DNA of 64,000 nt from an uncultured Acinetobacter sp. (GCA_913777945.1 CAJYTY010000031.1:131200-195199); one strand, 5' to 3'. Positions 28,897-39,902 are shown, counted from the first letter of the stretch. A program made the numbers and translations. The notes: generated by a model from the letters alone, not told the origin.

Positions 28897-30465
28897 ATGA
28901 CAACCAATACTCACATTACTGATGATCGTATCTTAATTTTGGATTTCGGTTCTCAATACAGCCAGCTGATTGCGCGTCGTGTACGTGAAGCCGGCGTATA
29001 TTCTGAAATGTATGCTTTTGATATGTCTGAAGAAGACATTCGTGCATTTAATCCGAACGGCATTATCTTGTCGGGTGGACCTGAAAGTGTACATGTGGAA
29101 GGTAGTCCACGTGCGCCTCAAGTTGTTTTTGAGCTTGGTGTACCGGTATTGGGGATTTGTTATGGTTTCCAAACCATGTCAGAGCAACTGGGCGGTCAAG
29201 TAGTACCGGGTACTGTGCATGAATTTGGTTATGCCGAAGTGGATATCCAGCACCGTGACCCACTGATCGGTAATTTACAAGATCGTGAGAACCAGCTGCA
29301 TGTCTGGATGAGCCATGGCGACAAAGTCGGTCGTTTACCAGAAGGTTTCGTGACTACTGCAAGTACACCAAGCTGTCCGTTTGCGGCTGCGTCTGATGAA
29401 ACGCGCCGTTTTTATGGCGTGCAGTTCCATCCGGAAGTGACACATACCGCTAAAGGTGCAGAATTACTGTCTAACTTTGTTCACAAAATTTGTGGATGTG
29501 GTGGCCTCTGGACACCGGAGCACATTATCGATTTGCGTGTAGAGCAACTGCGTCAGCAAATTGGTGATGAAAAAGTATTGCTCGGTTTATCTGGTGGTGT
29601 CGATTCATCTGTGGTGGCAGCATTGCTGCACAAGGCAATTGGCGATCAACTGACCTGCGTATTTGTCGACAACGGTTTACTTCGTTTAAACGAAGGCGAT
29701 CAAGTTATGCAAATGTTTGCAGACAACATGGGCATCCGTGTGATCCGTGCCGATGCTGAAGAGCGTTTCTTGACTGCGTTGGCTGGTGAAGTTGATCCAG
29801 AGAAAAAACGTAAAATTATTGGCCGCGAGTTTATTGAAGTGTTTGCAGAAGAAGCACGTAAACTTGACGGTGTAAAATTCTTGGCGCAAGGCACAATTTA
29901 TCCTGATGTGATTGAATCTGCCGCCAGCAAACAAGGTAAAGCGCATGTGATTAAATCGCACCACAATGTGGGCGGTTTACCAGAAGACTTGGCGTTTGAT
30001 TTGGTTGAGCCATTACGCGACTTGTTTAAAGATGAAGTGCGTAAACTGGGCACCACATTGGGCTTGCCACATAGCATGATTTATCGTCATCCATTCCCAG
30101 GTCCTGGTTTGGGTGTGCGTATTTTGGGTGAAGTGAAAAAAGAATATGCCGATATTCTTCGCCTTGCCGATGACATCTTTATGCAGGAATTACGTGCCAG
30201 CGGTTGGTACGACAAAACAGCACAAGCATTTGCTGTGTTCCAACCTGTAAAATCTGTGGGCGTGGTCGGAGACGGTCGTCGTTATGCATGGGTGATTGCG
30301 TTACGTGCTGTAGAAACAGTCGATTTCATGACCGCGCGTTTTGCACACCTGCCATACGAATTGGTCGATAAGATCTCAACGCGTATCATGAATGAAATTA
30401 AAGACGTTTCACGTGTTGTCTACGACGTGTCGTCTAAACCCCCTGCAACCATTGAATGGGAGTAA
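28897..30465 (+). CDS. guaA: GMP synthase
   Basis: [26 protein letters not shown] and KPPATIEWE motifs. Confidence 0.98.
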   Translation: MTTNTHITDDRILILDFGSQYSQLIARRVREAGVYSEMYAFDMSEEDIRAFNPNGIILSGGPESVHVEGSPRAPQVVFELGVPVLGICYGFQTMSEQLGGQVVPGTVHEFGYAEVDIQHRDPLIGNLQDRENQLHVWMSHGDKVGRLPEGFVTTASTPSCPFAAASDETRRFYGVQFHPEVTHTAKGAELLSNFVHKICGCGGLWTPEHIIDLRVEQLRQQIGDEKVLLGLSGGVDSSVVAALLHKAIGDQLTCVFVDNGLLRLNEGDQVMQMFADNMGIRVIRADAEERFLTALAGEVDPEKKRKIIGREFIEVFAEEARKLDGVKFLAQGTIYPDVIESAASKQGKAHVIKSHHNVGGLPEDLAFDLVEPLRDLFKDEVRKLGTTLGLPHSMIYRHPFPGPGLGVRILGEVKKEYADILRLADDIFMQELRASGWYDKTAQAFAVFQPVKSVGVVGDGRRYAWVIALRAVETVDFMTARFAHLPYELVDKISTRIMNEIKDVSRVVYDVSSKPPATIEWE

Positions 30466-30581
30466 ATTTGGGCTTTCAAAATGCATCGCATTTTGCCAAA
30501 TTATTATTTTAAAGTAATTTTTACTTCTTTAGTAAACTGAGTTTTTCGTTATAGTTGACGCGTTGAATAAAGATTTAAGTT

Positions 30582-30610
30582 TGAAAGGGTGCTACGGCAC
30601 CCTTTCATTT
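30582..30610 (+). terminator. Hairpin between guaA and mrr
   Basis: tgaaagggtgc-tacg-gcaccctttca followed by ttt. Confidence 0.7.
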
Positions 30611-30629
30611 ATTTTTAAATAAATGAGAT

Positions 30630-31562
30630 ATGAAGATAATTATGTATACACATTATGATTTAATGTTGCCATTATTGAAGCTGATGCATGCTGATGATAT
30701 AACCTACAGTTTGAAAGAAGCGTATACAAGATTAATTCATGAATTGAATTGTTCAGAAAAAGAAATAAATGAAACTATGGAAGATGGTCGAAATGTTATA
30801 TTTTATCGATTGCAGTGGACTAAAACATACTTAAAAAAAGCGGGATTGATTGAATATCCAGAACGCGCACACTTTAAATTATCTGATCTAGGTCGTAGTC
30901 TAAACCTTAATGAACTTAATCAAATAGATAGAAAATATTTATCAAAATTTGATTCTTTTAATCAATTTAGAAAAAATAATTCAAAGCTTGATAAAGATCA
31001 AAAACAAAATTTTTATCAAGAAGTTGATGTAATTCCTGATGAACTAACTCCACCAGAAATAATTACTGAGCAAGCTAAATTATTGGAAAATGATTTAAAA
31101 ATCGAACTACTTAATTTAATTAAAAATAACTCACCACAATTTTTTGAAAAATTAGTTGTTGATTTGCTAGTTGCAATGGGCTATGGAGGTTCTCATAAAG
31201 ATGCAGCACAAGCAATTGGCAAAACAAATGATGGCGGGATTGATGGAATTATTAGTGAAGACCGTTTAGGGCTTGATAAAATATATATTCAAGCAAAGCG
31301 TTGGGACAATACAATTGGCCGCCCGGATATTCAGCAGTTTAAAGGAGCTTTGGCTGATCAAGTGGCTAAAAAGGGTGTTTTTATTACGACCTCAAATTTC
31401 AGTAGAGAAGCAATTGAATCTGCAAAAAAATCAGGAATTGTCTTGATTGATGGTGATAAGCTAACTTCCTTAATGATCGAGTTTGGTTTAGGTGTTCAAA
31501 TTGAAAGAAGTTTTCATATTTATAAAATAGATCAAGATCGATTTGATGAGGATACTTTTTAG
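30630..31562 (+). CDS. mrr: Mrr-family type IV restriction endonuclease
   Basis: Mrr_N region (LMLPLLK...R..W.KTYLKKAGL); FFEKLVVDLL, DGGIDG, IQAKRW and FITTSNF motifs. Confidence 0.92.
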   Translation: MKIIMYTHYDLMLPLLKLMHADDITYSLKEAYTRLIHELNCSEKEINETMEDGRNVIFYRLQWTKTYLKKAGLIEYPERAHFKLSDLGRSLNLNELNQIDRKYLSKFDSFNQFRKNNSKLDKDQKQNFYQEVDVIPDELTPPEIITEQAKLLENDLKIELLNLIKNNSPQFFEKLVVDLLVAMGYGGSHKDAAQAIGKTNDGGIDGIISEDRLGLDKIYIQAKRWDNTIGRPDIQQFKGALADQVAKKGVFITTSNFSREAIESAKKSGIVLIDGDKLTSLMIEFGLGVQIERSFHIYKIDQDRFDEDTF

Positions 31563-31606
31563 ACATACAGATTTGAGCTCTTTTTTCTTTTAAGTCGGTG
31601 GTGAAT

Positions 31607-33220
31607 TTAAGACGACGCTGTCGCTTTCCAGTAGGGCCAGTTCGAAGAGGGATGAAATAAATAATTATGACTGAGCAATGAATCATGCGTGTGTGGATTG
31701 CGCTCATGTAAGCCCATTAGCTCCATCATCATTTGATCCACATCGGCAGTATTGATGGGTGAGTTTAAATTGACGCCCGTGTCTTTTATTCCATTGTGCC
31801 AAACAACTAAAGGCACTTGATAGCCTGCTTGCGTATTTGGACTATGGCCAGCAAAATCGATCTCATGACCCACTTCGTTGCCATGATCGGACACAAAAAT
31901 AAATGAGCGCCGCTGTGCGTGATCATTTTTTTGTAAGATCTGGAAGAAACGACCAATCAACCAGTCCTGATATAAAATACTATTGTCGTAATAATTGCGC
32001 TGCTGTTGAACCAGCATTCCAATATCATTTTGTTCTAGCTGTGATTCCACAGCGTCGGTATTTTCTGATGAAAAGCGATCAAACTGTTGCGGATAGCGGA
32101 GCTGATAATTTGGATGTGCACCGAGCATATGCACAATAATCAGTTTTTTGGGTTCTGGACGCGTTAAGATTTCTTGGTACACTGGCAAAAGCTTTTCATC
32201 AAAAGAATGACTGCTACGTCCTGAGCGATGATTGGTATAAATTTGCTCATCAACAAAAGAACCAAAAAGCGAGGAAATATAGCTGTCATTTTGATTACTG
32301 ATCCAGTACACCTTAAAGCCTGCAGTCTTGGCATAAGCCAGTACACTTTCGGTGGCATACTGGCTTTGCTCGACGTGACGAGCCTCGGTCAGTTTCATTT
32401 TCAGTGCGCCAATAGTGGATGCCGCTGGTGAAAAGGCCTGACAGAAAATTTTAAAAGAGCTGCTATATTTTTCTAGCTCTGGCGTGGTATTACGCGGATA
32501 ACCACACACACCAAAATTTTTGCTGGTGACACTATCGGTGATCAATAGGGTATGCGTTTGCGACTGAGGCTGCTGGTTATCGAGCACCAACTTATGTTTG
32601 GCAGTTTCCAGCCATACATCGTGTATCTGCTGATGAGTCTCGATCTGCTGCTTAAAATTTTGAATTTTAGAATAATAGTCTGTCCAATAGAGCATCGGAT
32701 GCTGGGCACGCGATGGCTCGATCAGATAACTAGCTAGCGCCAATACACCTAAAAATGAACACAAATAACGATTGAGTCGAACCTGAAACACATGCGCTGA
32801 TAAGTTGCGGAAAGTAGGTTTAAAACAGATCCAGAAATAACCGATAAAACCGATACTAAATGCCAAACTCGCCAAGAGTAGCGTTTGAGCATGCAATTGA
32901 AGAAATTCAAGCGCTTCTTGCGCTGTGGTGTTGGCAATCGCTTGCACAATAAAATAAGCATCGGTATCACTTTGATACACAAACCAGCTCAATGAACGCA
33001 AACTGGCATCGCCGAGAAAAACCAGCCACCAACAAATAGCTGCCACTTTCCAACCCAACCGAGTGCGTGATATCGCACGATAAATCAGCCATGCTCCTGG
33101 AAGTGAGAGTAAGCCGAGGCGAATACCATCGGAAGGATTTCCAGCAATGGATAAAATGCATGCTGTAAGCAACGCAGGAAGAAGCACCCAAAGTAAAACC
33201 AACACATTTCGACGAGTCAT
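31607..33220 (-). CDS. Phosphoethanolamine transferase (sulfatase fold)
   Basis: N-terminal TMs; GYPRNTTP, WISNQ, HMLGAH, YDNSILY and SDHG motifs. Confidence 0.88.
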   Translation of the reverse strand: MTRRNVLVLLWVLLPALLTACILSIAGNPSDGIRLGLLSLPGAWLIYRAISRTRLGWKVAAICWWLVFLGDASLRSLSWFVYQSDTDAYFIVQAIANTTAQEALEFLQLHAQTLLLASLAFSIGFIGYFWICFKPTFRNLSAHVFQVRLNRYLCSFLGVLALASYLIEPSRAQHPMLYWTDYYSKIQNFKQQIETHQQIHDVWLETAKHKLVLDNQQPQSQTHTLLITDSVTSKNFGVCGYPRNTTPELEKYSSSFKIFCQAFSPAASTIGALKMKLTEARHVEQSQYATESVLAYAKTAGFKVYWISNQNDSYISSLFGSFVDEQIYTNHRSGRSSHSFDEKLLPVYQEILTRPEPKKLIIVHMLGAHPNYQLRYPQQFDRFSSENTDAVESQLEQNDIGMLVQQQRNYYDNSILYQDWLIGRFFQILQKNDHAQRRSFIFVSDHGNEVGHEIDFAGHSPNTQAGYQVPLVVWHNGIKDTGVNLNSPINTADVDQMMMELMGLHERNPHTHDSLLSHNYLFHPSSNWPYWKATASS

Positions 33221-33572
33221 AAGGCTTGACGCTTCAATAAAAAAGTACAGAGTGGATCAATTAGAAAATCTAATTAAAAATTTTGGCTCTTCAATTTAAT
33301 TGAAAAATAGCAAAGAATGAATTTATTTTTATGCGCTTTATGTCGAGATAGAAGAAGAAACTGATAGAAAAATGAGAGGCGAGAGTACGTCAAGAGATGA
33401 GCTAAAAATGGCTTGAAAGAATCGATATTTGTGATTCAAGCCAAGCCCTCAAATAGTTACTTAACCACCAAAGACCCGATGGACCAGACAGGCTATGCTC
33501 AAAGATACTTCTCATTTTTCAGCACCGATGAAAAGAAAAAATATGATTAAAGATCATAAAGGATAAAAAACC

Positions 33573-34520
33573 ATGACCACCAACCATGACACGGACATCT
33601 CTGATTCACAACAATGCGAATCATCCGCCCCTCAATCAATTCAGGAATTTCCTATTCGTCGTGCAGAAATCGGTCAAGGCACGGTCATTAAACGAGCCTT
33701 ACCCAGCCGTCACAAACGCATGATAGGTGCATGGTGCTTTTTAGATCATGCAGGACCCGTACATTTTCCGCAAGGCGATGGCTTGGATGTGGGGCCACAC
33801 CCGCATATTGGCCTGCAAACCTTTACTTGGATGATCGAAGGCACCATTATGCACACCGATAGTCTGGGATCGAAGCAGTTAATCCGTCCGTATCAGGTTA
33901 ATTTAATGACTGCCGGGCACGGTATTTCGCATACCGAGGTAGCACCAGAGCATGAGACCAAAATGCATGCGGCTCAGCTATGGATTGCCTTGCCAGATGA
34001 AAAACGCAATATGGCGCCACAATTTGATCATTATCCGAATCTGCCGCACACAGAACAAGATCAGATCAAGTTTACGGTACTGGTGGGCGAGTTTCTGGGG
34101 CAACAATCACCTGTGGCTGTGCATACGCCTCTGGTTGGCGTCGACATGACTGCACAGGCAGACACCAAAACACGTATTTCACTGAATCCAACATTCGAAT
34201 ATGGTTTTTTGGCATTGGATGGTCATGCATGGATCAATGGCCACGAACTCACTCAAGACAATCTGCTGGTCCTCGAATCTGGTGCTAGCGAAATAGAGAT
34301 TGAATTGCCACAAGGTCATCGGGTGTTACTGATCGGGGGAGAGCCATTTAAAACACCGATTTTATTGTGGTGGAATCTGGTTGGACGTACCACCGAGGAA
34401 TTACGTGAAGCCCGTGACCAATGGATCAATCACGACTCACGTTTTGGTGAAATTCCAGATTATGATGGTCCGCGACTAGAAGCGCCTGCCTTTCCAGATC
34501 AGATGAGAGCATCCAAATAA
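33573..34520 (+). CDS. Pirin family protein
   Basis: HPHIGLQT, MTAGHGISHTE and QLWIALP motifs. Confidence 0.93.
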   Translation: MTTNHDTDISDSQQCESSAPQSIQEFPIRRAEIGQGTVIKRALPSRHKRMIGAWCFLDHAGPVHFPQGDGLDVGPHPHIGLQTFTWMIEGTIMHTDSLGSKQLIRPYQVNLMTAGHGISHTEVAPEHETKMHAAQLWIALPDEKRNMAPQFDHYPNLPHTEQDQIKFTVLVGEFLGQQSPVAVHTPLVGVDMTAQADTKTRISLNPTFEYGFLALDGHAWINGHELTQDNLLVLESGASEIEIELPQGHRVLLIGGEPFKTPILLWWNLVGRTTEELREARDQWINHDSRFGEIPDYDGPRLEAPAFPDQMRASK

Positions 34521-34578
34521 GTTATATTGCCCGAAGTGCAGTTAATAGATTAGTGATTAAAACCTTGCAGCGCAGTGT

Positions 34579-34597
34579 TGATATGAGAATCATCATT
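34579..34597. promoter_or_regulatory. Possible Fur box upstream of the GST gene
   Basis: ATGAGAATCATCATT matches the Fur core ATGATAATCATTATC at 12/15 positions. Confidence 0.35.
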
Positions 34598-34710
34598 CAA
34601 TCATGATGTTTCAATGAAATGACTTTACAGTTAAGTCCATGCCATTGTCATGGGCTTAATGCTATAACTGAGAGTACAGATCAGACACATCAGGACTAAA
34701 AGAAAATCTC

Positions 34711-35352
34711 ATGCTGACGATTCACCATCTAGAGAAATCACGCTCATTTCGTATTGTATGGGCACTTGAAGAGCTCCAGCAGCAATATCAGATCAAGCTT
34801 TATAAACGACTGCCAAGCCTTGCAGCACCACCTGAGCTCAAACGCGTACATCCGCTCGGCAAAGCGCCTATTTTAGAAGATGCCGGACGTACCATTGCAG
34901 AATCGGCTGTGATTCTGGAGTACTTGCAAACCAAATTTGATACGGCACAACGTTTTAAACCGCAGCAAGATGACGATGCATTTCAATATCTCTACTGGAT
35001 GCATTATGCCGAAGGTTCACTGATGCCGTTGCTTGTGTTTCAACTGGTGATGAATAACGTGGGTAAAAATGTTCCATTTTTTATTCGACCGGTCGCCAAC
35101 AAAATTACCGATGGCGTTAAAGCTGGATTTATTGGCCCACGCTTAAAAGATCATATTGCCTTTATTGAGCAGTATTTATCTGAACACGATTACTTTGCTG
35201 GGGAATTTAGCTTTGCCGATATTCAAATGAGCTTTCCGCTGAATGCGTTGCTAACCCGAACAACTGGGCAGTTTCCAAATATTCGGGCATTTTTGAAGCG
35301 AATTGAAATGCGCCCGGCTTATCAGCGTGCCAAAGAGAAAGGGGATTATTAA
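34711..35352 (+). CDS. Glutathione S-transferase
   Basis: SRSFRIVWALEEL, HPLGKAP, ESAVI and ADIQM motifs. Confidence 0.93.
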   Translation: MLTIHHLEKSRSFRIVWALEELQQQYQIKLYKRLPSLAAPPELKRVHPLGKAPILEDAGRTIAESAVILEYLQTKFDTAQRFKPQQDDDAFQYLYWMHYAEGSLMPLLVFQLVMNNVGKNVPFFIRPVANKITDGVKAGFIGPRLKDHIAFIEQYLSEHDYFAGEFSFADIQMSFPLNALLTRTTGQFPNIRAFLKRIEMRPAYQRAKEKGDY

Positions 35353-36224
35353 TCGGGGATGGCTCGCCCAAGCCGTAATTCGGAAGGGCGATAGCCATAG
35401 TACTGCTTGAAACGAGTACTAAAGTGGCTGGCAGAACTAAAACCACATTGCAGGGCAATGCCGGTAAGCGGTTGGGTTGAGTGAAGCGCCAAGTCATGCG
35501 CGCGTTGCAAGCGTTGTTGTAATACATATTGATGTGGTGAAACGCCTGTCGACTGCTTAAACATGTGGGCAAAGTGATATTCGCTCAGTTCGGTCTGTGC
35601 TGCCATGTCTGCTAAGGTCATGGCTTCTGCGAGGTGCTCGTCTATCCATGCTTTTAGCCGATGAAGCATAAACGGCGCCAGCCCGCCGCTCACTCGCGGT
35701 AATTGCCATTCTACGTTGCTATAACGCTGTAATAGAGAGATCAGCAGTAAGCTGGCGCTGTGGCTAAGCTGTAAATGATTGCTGCGATCTTGCCAATCAC
35801 AATTAAGCAAAAAATGCCGATATACGCTACTGATTTGGACATCCTCGACAAAACTTTGTTCTGCCAATTCGATGTGCGCGGGTTCTTTGTCCCAAATTTG
35901 TGCTGCGACATGCTTTAAATGCTGATCGGTATAGTACAGATGCACAAAACGCAGATGATCACGAATGTCCCACGTCGAGGCTTGTCCCTCAGGCATTAAA
36001 CAAAAGCGATCTGGCCCACCACCATTACGCCATCCCTGTGGGGTCTTTTTATAACTTTCATAGCCGCCCTTGATATATAAACTCAAGGTATGGTGATCAC
36101 TGCATACACTTACCCGATCGTGCTGGTTTTGCCAAGCAGCCAACTGCATGCCCGAGCCCAGTTGCAGGCTATCGAGTAACTTGGTTTTATGCTGTTGCAA
36201 CTGCGACAGGGTTTGATAGTTCAT
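35349..36224 (-). CDS. AraC-family regulator
   Basis: LSEYHFAHMFKQSTG and CGFSSASHFS double HTH. Confidence 0.92.
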   Translation of the reverse strand: MNYQTLSQLQQHKTKLLDSLQLGSGMQLAAWQNQHDRVSVCSDHHTLSLYIKGGYESYKKTPQGWRNGGGPDRFCLMPEGQASTWDIRDHLRFVHLYYTDQHLKHVAAQIWDKEPAHIELAEQSFVEDVQISSVYRHFLLNCDWQDRSNHLQLSHSASLLLISLLQRYSNVEWQLPRVSGGLAPFMLHRLKAWIDEHLAEAMTLADMAAQTELSEYHFAHMFKQSTGVSPHQYVLQQRLQRAHDLALHSTQPLTGIALQCGFSSASHFSTRFKQYYGYRPSELRLGRAIPD

Positions 36225-36401
36225 GCCAAATACGGTAGCGAATTAAAAATAATAATGCGATGATTTTATCTTTTTTTCATCATTTGATAAAAGTTGTCTC
36301 GTAAAAAAACGCAAGATTAGGCAAGTGGCCGCAAATATGCGAAAGCGTTCAAAATGAACACTGCGGATACTGTTGAGTACACTGGATAAAAAGAGATTGT
36401 A

Positions 36402-37304
36402 ATGAACGCGGTGTTATATGCCTTGGTGGTGCTGATTTTTGGAACGACATGGATCGCAATTACCTTGCAAAGTGCTGAAATCGCGCCGGTTGTTGCGGTA
36501 TTTTGGCGGTTTTTTATTGCGGGTGCACTCTTGATGGTGGCGCTCCTGATTTCAAGACGATTGACTCGCCTGAAACTCAATGATCACCTATTTTGCTTGT
36601 TACAAGGCTTATGTATTTTTAGTTTAAATTTTATCTGCTTTTACATCGCCGTGCGTTACATCAGCAGCGGTCTGGAGTCTGTTATTTTTTCTATGGCGGT
36701 TCTTTTTAACACGCTCAATAGCTATTTCTTTTTCCGTCAGCCAATTTCAGCCTATTTCCTGCCTGCGTTTATCTGTGGTTTGTTGGGCATGATCGCTTTA
36801 TTTTGGCACGACCTAGCAACGACGCAAAACGACTGGCAAACCGTGAGCGCAATTTTACTGTGTGTATTGGGGACTTATGGTTTTTCTTTGGGGAATATGA
36901 TTAGTTTGCGTCATCAGAAACAAGGCTGTGATGTCCTGACCACCAATACCTATGCCATGCTCTACGGCGCCATCGTGATGGCTGTCATCATTGCGCTCAC
37001 CGGCCAATCATATTTACCCGAGAGTTCAGTGGTCGGTTGGTCTGCCTTGATGTATCTTGCGCTGATTGGATCTGTACTGGGGTTTTCAATTTATTTTATG
37101 CTGATCCGGCGGATCGGGGCAGGGCCTGCCGCATACAGCACCTTGCTGTTTCCTTTGGTGGCACTGACCATTTCAACTTTTTTTGAAGGTTATCAGTGGA
37201 CGTGGAGTGCAGTATTCGGGGTGATGCTGATTTTACTTGGTAATTTAATTCTGTTTATCCAGCCCAAAGGATTGCCATTTATCCGATCCAATCAACGGGC
37301 CTAA
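36402..37304 (+). CDS. EamA/DMT transporter
   Basis: About 10 TM; FGTTW and YLALIGSV motifs. Divergent from the AraC gene. Confidence 0.9.
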   Translation: MNAVLYALVVLIFGTTWIAITLQSAEIAPVVAVFWRFFIAGALLMVALLISRRLTRLKLNDHLFCLLQGLCIFSLNFICFYIAVRYISSGLESVIFSMAVLFNTLNSYFFFRQPISAYFLPAFICGLLGMIALFWHDLATTQNDWQTVSAILLCVLGTYGFSLGNMISLRHQKQGCDVLTTNTYAMLYGAIVMAVIIALTGQSYLPESSVVGWSALMYLALIGSVLGFSIYFMLIRRIGAGPAAYSTLLFPLVALTISTFFEGYQWTWSAVFGVMLILLGNLILFIQPKGLPFIRSNQRA

Positions 37305-37326
37305 GCTTTAAAAATGAAATTGCGAT

Positions 37327-37352
37327 AAAAAAGAACGCGTAAAGCGTTCTTT
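37327..37352. terminator. Terminator between convergent genes
   Basis: aaaaaagaacgc-gtaaa-gcgttcttt. Confidence 0.7.
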
Positions 37353-37373
37353 GGATGTAAAGCATATTCAGTC

Positions 37374-37988
37374 TTAGCGTTTCACGACAATTGAGTCGAT
37401 GCCGCTGTGTTGCAAGGTTTGTTGAGCACCTAAAGCTGCTTCTTGTGTTTCATATGGCCCTGAAATCACACGGTACCATGTTTTTCCGTTTTCGACTGTT
37501 TTGACCACATCCGCAGACAGTCCATTTAAAATAATTTCAGCACGACGAGCATCAGCACTGTCAGGATCTGCATAGCTACGCACCTGCAAAATAAAGCTGG
37601 CAGGCTGTGGCGCAGGCGCCGCAGTCACATTTGCCGTACTACCCGATGCAGTTGGCGCACTGGCTGCACTTTCTCGCGGTGCTTCTACAATCACCGCAGC
37701 ATTTTGATCTTTGGTCTCTGGAACAGCCTGATCCGGAATCGGCGTCATTTGCTGTTGAGGCAACAGATCATAGAAGCGATAATCGTGATTGGTGTCTTCT
37801 TCTTGATAATGGGTCGAAGTGACTTCATTTTTGGTCGAAACAGGTTTCCACGGCTTCCACAGCATCAGCATGACAGCAATGCACATCAGCACCAAGATCG
37901 CCACCACCATGCCTAACCAGCGAGGCACTAACGGTTTCTTGGGCTTGTTCGGTCGTTCAGATACACCGCGTTGCGTTTTTCCAAACAC
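37374..37988 (-). CDS. SPOR-domain cell-division protein (FtsN-like)
   Basis: One TM, DYRFYDLLP, and C-terminal LQV.SY...WYRVISGPY. GTG start after GAGG. Follows argS. Confidence 0.85.
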   Translation of the reverse strand: MFGKTQRGVSERPNKPKKPLVPRWLGMVVAILVLMCIAVMLMLWKPWKPVSTKNEVTSTHYQEEDTNHDYRFYDLLPQQQMTPIPDQAVPETKDQNAAVIVEAPRESAASAPTASGSTANVTAAPAPQPASFILQVRSYADPDSADARRAEIILNGLSADVVKTVENGKTWYRVISGPYETQEAALGAQQTLQHSGIDSIVVKR

Positions 37989-38108
37989 GTGGACATCCTC
38001 TTTATAATTTCTACCACGTAACCAATAACATAGAAGCCGAAACAACCAAAACACTATTGTTTGGCTTCTTTGTAATACAGCGTCTCAGATCGCGTTCAAT
38101 CAGCGAAC

Positions 38109-39902
38109 TTACATGCTCTCTGGTGCAGATACACCCAGCAATTCTAAGCCGTTGCGTAAAACTTGCTGTACGTTTACTGAAAGCAATAAACGTGCTTGTG
38201 TAAGCGCTTGATCGTCGTCATTCAAGACTTTGTGCTCGTTGTACCAGCCATGGAACAGCGCTGCCAATTCTTTTAAATAGTTGCCAATCTGATGCGGTTC
38301 GTAGGCATTTGCAGCACGTACCAAAATGTCTGGGTAAGCAGCCAGTTTGGCCAGAATTTCCGTTTCGGCATCGAGGTTTAAACGCTCTGCCAATGGACGA
38401 GCCTGTGTGCGGTCAAACGCGATCTGGTTGCTGTGTGCTTTTTCCAACATACGGCAAATACGGGCGTGCGCATACTGGATGTAATACACGGCATTGTCTT
38501 TGCTTTGCGATACGGCCAAATCCAAATCGAAGTCGATGTGTTGTTCCGATTTGCGCATTACATAGTAAAAGCGTGCGGCGTCGTTACCGACTTCTTCACG
38601 CAGTTCACGCAAGGTCACAAATTGTCCAGAACGCGATGACATCTGTACCATTTCACCGCCACGCCATAAGCTCACAAACTGCACCAGCAATACGGTCAGT
38701 TTAGATGAATCAAAGCCCATGGCATCAATTGCAGCTTTCACACGTGCGATATAGCCGTGGTGATCTGAACCCCAGATATCGACAATATCGGTATAGCCAC
38801 GTTGTAATTTATCGAGGTGATAAGCAATGTCTGAAGCAAAGTAGGTGGTTTGACCGTTACGACGTTTGACCACACGATCTTTCTCGTCGCCAAATTCAGT
38901 CGATTTAAACCAGATGTTGCCGTCTTTTTCGTATAAAAAGCCGCGTTGATCGAGTGTTTGTAACGCTTCATCAATTTTTTGATTCAGTGATGCTTCACTA
39001 AACCATTGATTAAAAGTCACACCGAACTCTTCAAGGTCATCTTTAATGTCATCTAAAATGGCTTTGAGTGCCGCTTGATGAAACACGCGATAGCCTTCAC
39101 CTGTCAGGCGCTGTGCATTGGCAATTAAGCCATCAATATGTTTTTCTTTGTCGCCAGAAACAACGACTTTATTGCCCTCTGCATCGAGTTCTGCTGCGAA
39201 CTGAACATCTTCAGGCACATCATGGTACACCGCTGCAACAGGGTGCACGTAAGCATCGCCGTCTTGATCGATAATGCTTTGCGCGATTTCTTTAACGTAG
39301 TCGCCTTGATAGGCGTTTTTAGGGAAAACCAGAGATTGACCAAGTAATTCTAAATAACGTAAGTAGGTCGATGTCGCCAAAATGTCCATCTGACGGCCCG
39401 CATCGTTGACGTAATATTCACGATCAACTTGGGCACCTGTTGCTTCAAGCAAATTGGCAACAGTCATGCCGTAGGCTGCACCACGGCCGTGGCCCACATG
39501 CAGGCTTGAGGTTGGGTTTGCCGATACAAACTCGACTTGTACTTTTTTTGCGGCATTGACTTGAGTCTGACCAAACTTCGACCCTTGCGCTTGAATTTGA
39601 TCCAGCACAGCAAAGCGTTGATCGGCATTTAAAAAGAAATTGATAAATCCTGGGCCTGCGATTTCGGCTTTACTGATGTCCGCCACTTCTGGCAATGCCG
39701 CCATGATCTTTTCTGCAAGATCACGAGGTTTCATTCCTGCCGCCTTTGCGCCGACCATTGCAATATTGGATGCAAAGTCACCGTGACTTCGGTCTTTGGT
39801 ACGCGTCAAAATACTGTTGTTGATCCAATCTGATGGAAGAATCCCTTCGTGTTGAAGAGACTGCACTGCATGATCCAAAGCGGCTTGTATGGCGGTATTC
39901 AT
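38109..39902 (-). CDS. argS: Arginine--tRNA ligase
   Basis: EFVSANPT..LHVGHGR, MSSRSG and YYIQYAHAR motifs. Confidence 0.97.
   Translation of the reverse strand: MNTAIQAALDHAVQSLQHEGILPSDWINNSILTRTKDRSHGDFASNIAMVGAKAAGMKPRDLAEKIMAALPEVADISKAEIAGPGFINFFLNADQRFAVLDQIQAQGSKFGQTQVNAAKKVQVEFVSANPTSSLHVGHGRGAAYGMTVANLLEATGAQVDREYYVNDAGRQMDILATSTYLRYLELLGQSLVFPKNAYQGDYVKEIAQSIIDQDGDAYVHPVAAVYHDVPEDVQFAAELDAEGNKVVVSGDKEKHIDGLIANAQRLTGEGYRVFHQAALKAILDDIKDDLEEFGVTFNQWFSEASLNQKIDEALQTLDQRGFLYEKDGNIWFKSTEFGDEKDRVVKRRNGQTTYFASDIAYHLDKLQRGYTDIVDIWGSDHHGYIARVKAAIDAMGFDSSKLTVLLVQFVSLWRGGEMVQMSSRSGQFVTLRELREEVGNDAARFYYVMRKSEQHIDFDLDLAVSQSKDNAVYYIQYAHARICRMLEKAHSNQIAFDRTQARPLAERLNLDAETEILAKLAAYPDILVRAANAYEPHQIGNYLKELAALFHGWYNEHKVLNDDDQALTQARLLLSVNVQQVLRNGLELLGVSAPESM

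Noticed and set aside
28897-30465. guaA without an adjacent guaB
   Set aside because: A split arrangement is not unusual, and there is no sign of disruption.
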